A DNA stretch of 64,000 nt from Malacoraja senta (taxonomy: Eukaryota). This document shows, piece by piece, positions 62,197 through 64,000 of this stretch. The notes below the pieces were generated by a model that had not been told where the DNA came from, made no database searches, and was given only the letters and a program-made list of their open reading frames with translations. Within the stretch, counting starts at the first letter, position 1. The number at the start of each line of letters is the position of its first letter. The stretch lies in assembly GCA_038087875.1 (NCBI GenBank), contig CM075989.1, forward strand, positions 14,818,001 through 14,882,000. The letters are read 5' to 3'. The position numbers were made by a program, and so were the translations under genes.

Positions 62197-64000
62197 ACAT
62201 CAATGTTATACTGAAGGGTACGGTAGATCAGATAGCCAGGAAAAAAGTAGGGGCATTAGGAACAACAGGGGCAATCTGTGTGTGTAGCCAGAATGTCTGA
62301 AACGAATAACATTCACAAAGGAAAATAATGTTGTTGCTGTAGAATTCAGTGAAAGGGTAGGTTCAATTGTAGCACGTCTCCATAAATAAAGATGATTTAC
62401 TCAAATCTTTAATGCGCTATATGGAGGATAAATCAGGGTCAGATGGGATATATCCCTGGCTGCAAAGTAGATATGATCGAGGTACAGGAAGTTATGAGTG
62501 ATATAGATAGGGTACACTGCAGGAAACTTCTCCCATTATCAATGACAAATAAAGCTACAGGCAAATAAGGACACTGATTTAGGGTAAGGAGTAAGAGAAT
62601 TTGATGAGATCTGAGGGGGAACCTTCTTCATCCAGAGAGTGGTGATTACCTGGAACAAACTCCCAGTGAGAGTGATGGAAGCAGTGGCATTGACAGCATT
62701 TAATGGCCTAGATATTCGCTTAGGCATAGGACACTTTGTTCTTTTTTTCTGTTTGAATTTCTGTTAGAAATGGGATTAATCTGCATGGGTGTCCATTGGT
62801 TGGTGTGGAATTGGTGGGCAAATGGCCTGTTTCCTGCTGTTGACTCAGTGACACCATGAACATATTATATGATCGATGTATCTGATTAAAATCACAATAG
62901 CAAACAGCATTCGAGCCCAAAATTAACTGCAGCATTTCACTTGAAAAATCCATCAGCGCATTTCAGCCACAAGCCAAAGTTAATCTAATGTTTGATGTAT
63001 GATTTCTTTTCATTGTCTAATATGATTTTGTTTACTTGACAGGTTCATTTCCCCCTAAATGTTGTCATTCATCTGTCATAATAGCTGGAAGATAGAGATG
63101 GGTTAAGGTGACGGGAGACAGCTTTGAGCACAAGAAACGTGGGCAAATATGTTCCTTCAGGTGACGAGAAGTCTGGAGGAACAGCATTGTTTGACTCAAT
63201 TTCCGGTCAGTCAGGCTGACTTCTCTGTCAGGCAGCAAAGACCAGACATAGTTAGGGAGCAACACGGACATAGAAATGGAGAGAGAGACCGGTAACCATG
63301 TTTGGAGATGGGGATGGAGGTCGTGGATGTCGGCTGCGGAAAATTTGGAAGAGTAGTGAACATCTGGTGAAAGGGAACGGAGGAGTCATAGGGACATCAG
63401 AAGATCCATAACTAGCTTGTCAAAATATCCCATTCCATCTCAGTGCTGAAATTGCTGCCCCAAACCTTTAATCTTTTAATAGGTATTTTCAGAGCAATTA
63501 CTTTCTTGCATAGCTGAGATAATTGTACATCCAGCAGGTCGGTCCCTGGTGAGTTCTGTGCATTCACTTGGCCCTAGTTTTCTTAATCTCCTTCATGTTG
63601 AGAGGCTTATCTTACTGTTTCTACTGCTCTGTTTCTAATTGGGAAAGCTTATTGTGTTAAGGCATGCATTGCTCGATGGGCGCTGGGGAACATTCCATGA
63701 ATTGTGTTTTATTTTTGTAGAATACCATGAATGTCGGGTTAATCTCCTCTTTCCTGGTCAGAATTCCCTTCTCTCCTTTAATTATGTATTTGTGACAATG
63801 CTGCATTTTTTGAACAGATATTTCCCTTCTATTTATCAATGAATGTAAGTATGATTACTAAATGCTAATTTCAATTTAATGAATTAAATCCTCCGTATAA
63901 AACACAACCCACTTAACACAATGGAATAATCTGCCTTAATGGTACTATGCATGGGAGATGCAGAATTATGCTTTTCAGCATAAACAGCGAATCAAAAGTA

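Larger units (their letters stand above)
61255..62520 (+). repeat. Copy 2 of the local duplication, carrying two later insertions
   Basis: Aligns with 54640-55400 once 61609-62005 and 62068-62196 are removed. Confidence 0.85.

Noticed and set aside
63040-64000. PYGO1 3' end or a novel small gene (68-aa ORF 63065-63271)
   Set aside because: PYGO1 is expected next by synteny, but no PHD or other PYGO coding sequence is visible. The ORF has no recognisable homology.

Overview
Vertebrate genomic DNA, most likely from a cartilaginous fish (skate or ray), judged from the abundant HE1-like V-SINEs, CR1 copies with (CTATGTTT)n tails and Penelope remnants. The window holds the CCPG1 - PIERCE2 (C15orf65) - DNAAF4 (DYX1C1) block in the same order and orientation as human 15q21.3. 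(1) CCPG1, the ER-phagy receptor, is on the minus strand: non-coding exon 1 ends at 32022, and five core coding exons run from 23986 to 8919, covering the LIR, FIR1, FIR2 and the TM helix. Its 3' part lies off the left edge. (2) PIERCE2 is on the plus strand, head-to-head with CCPG1, as one uninterrupted 320-aa ORF (32474-33436). It has an unusual N-terminal extension of about 215 aa made of degenerate repeats. (3) DNAAF4 is complete on the minus strand, with 9 coding exons (53201 to 39269, 425 aa). The rest is intron or intergenic DNA rich in transposons, including a full-length Passport-like Tc1 element with an open transposase ORF. The most notable observations are five candidate CCPG1 micro/mini-exons, the PIERCE2 repeat extension with an RVxF motif, an out-of-frame uORF overlapping the CCPG1 start, and very short Penelope-derived insertions with TSDs that carry minimal hammerhead-ribozyme motifs. 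One candidate exon (18 nt) sits between the LIR and FIR1. The other four (12, 10, 89 and 39 nt) jointly keep frame just after the TM helix. All calls were made by eye; no database searches were run.
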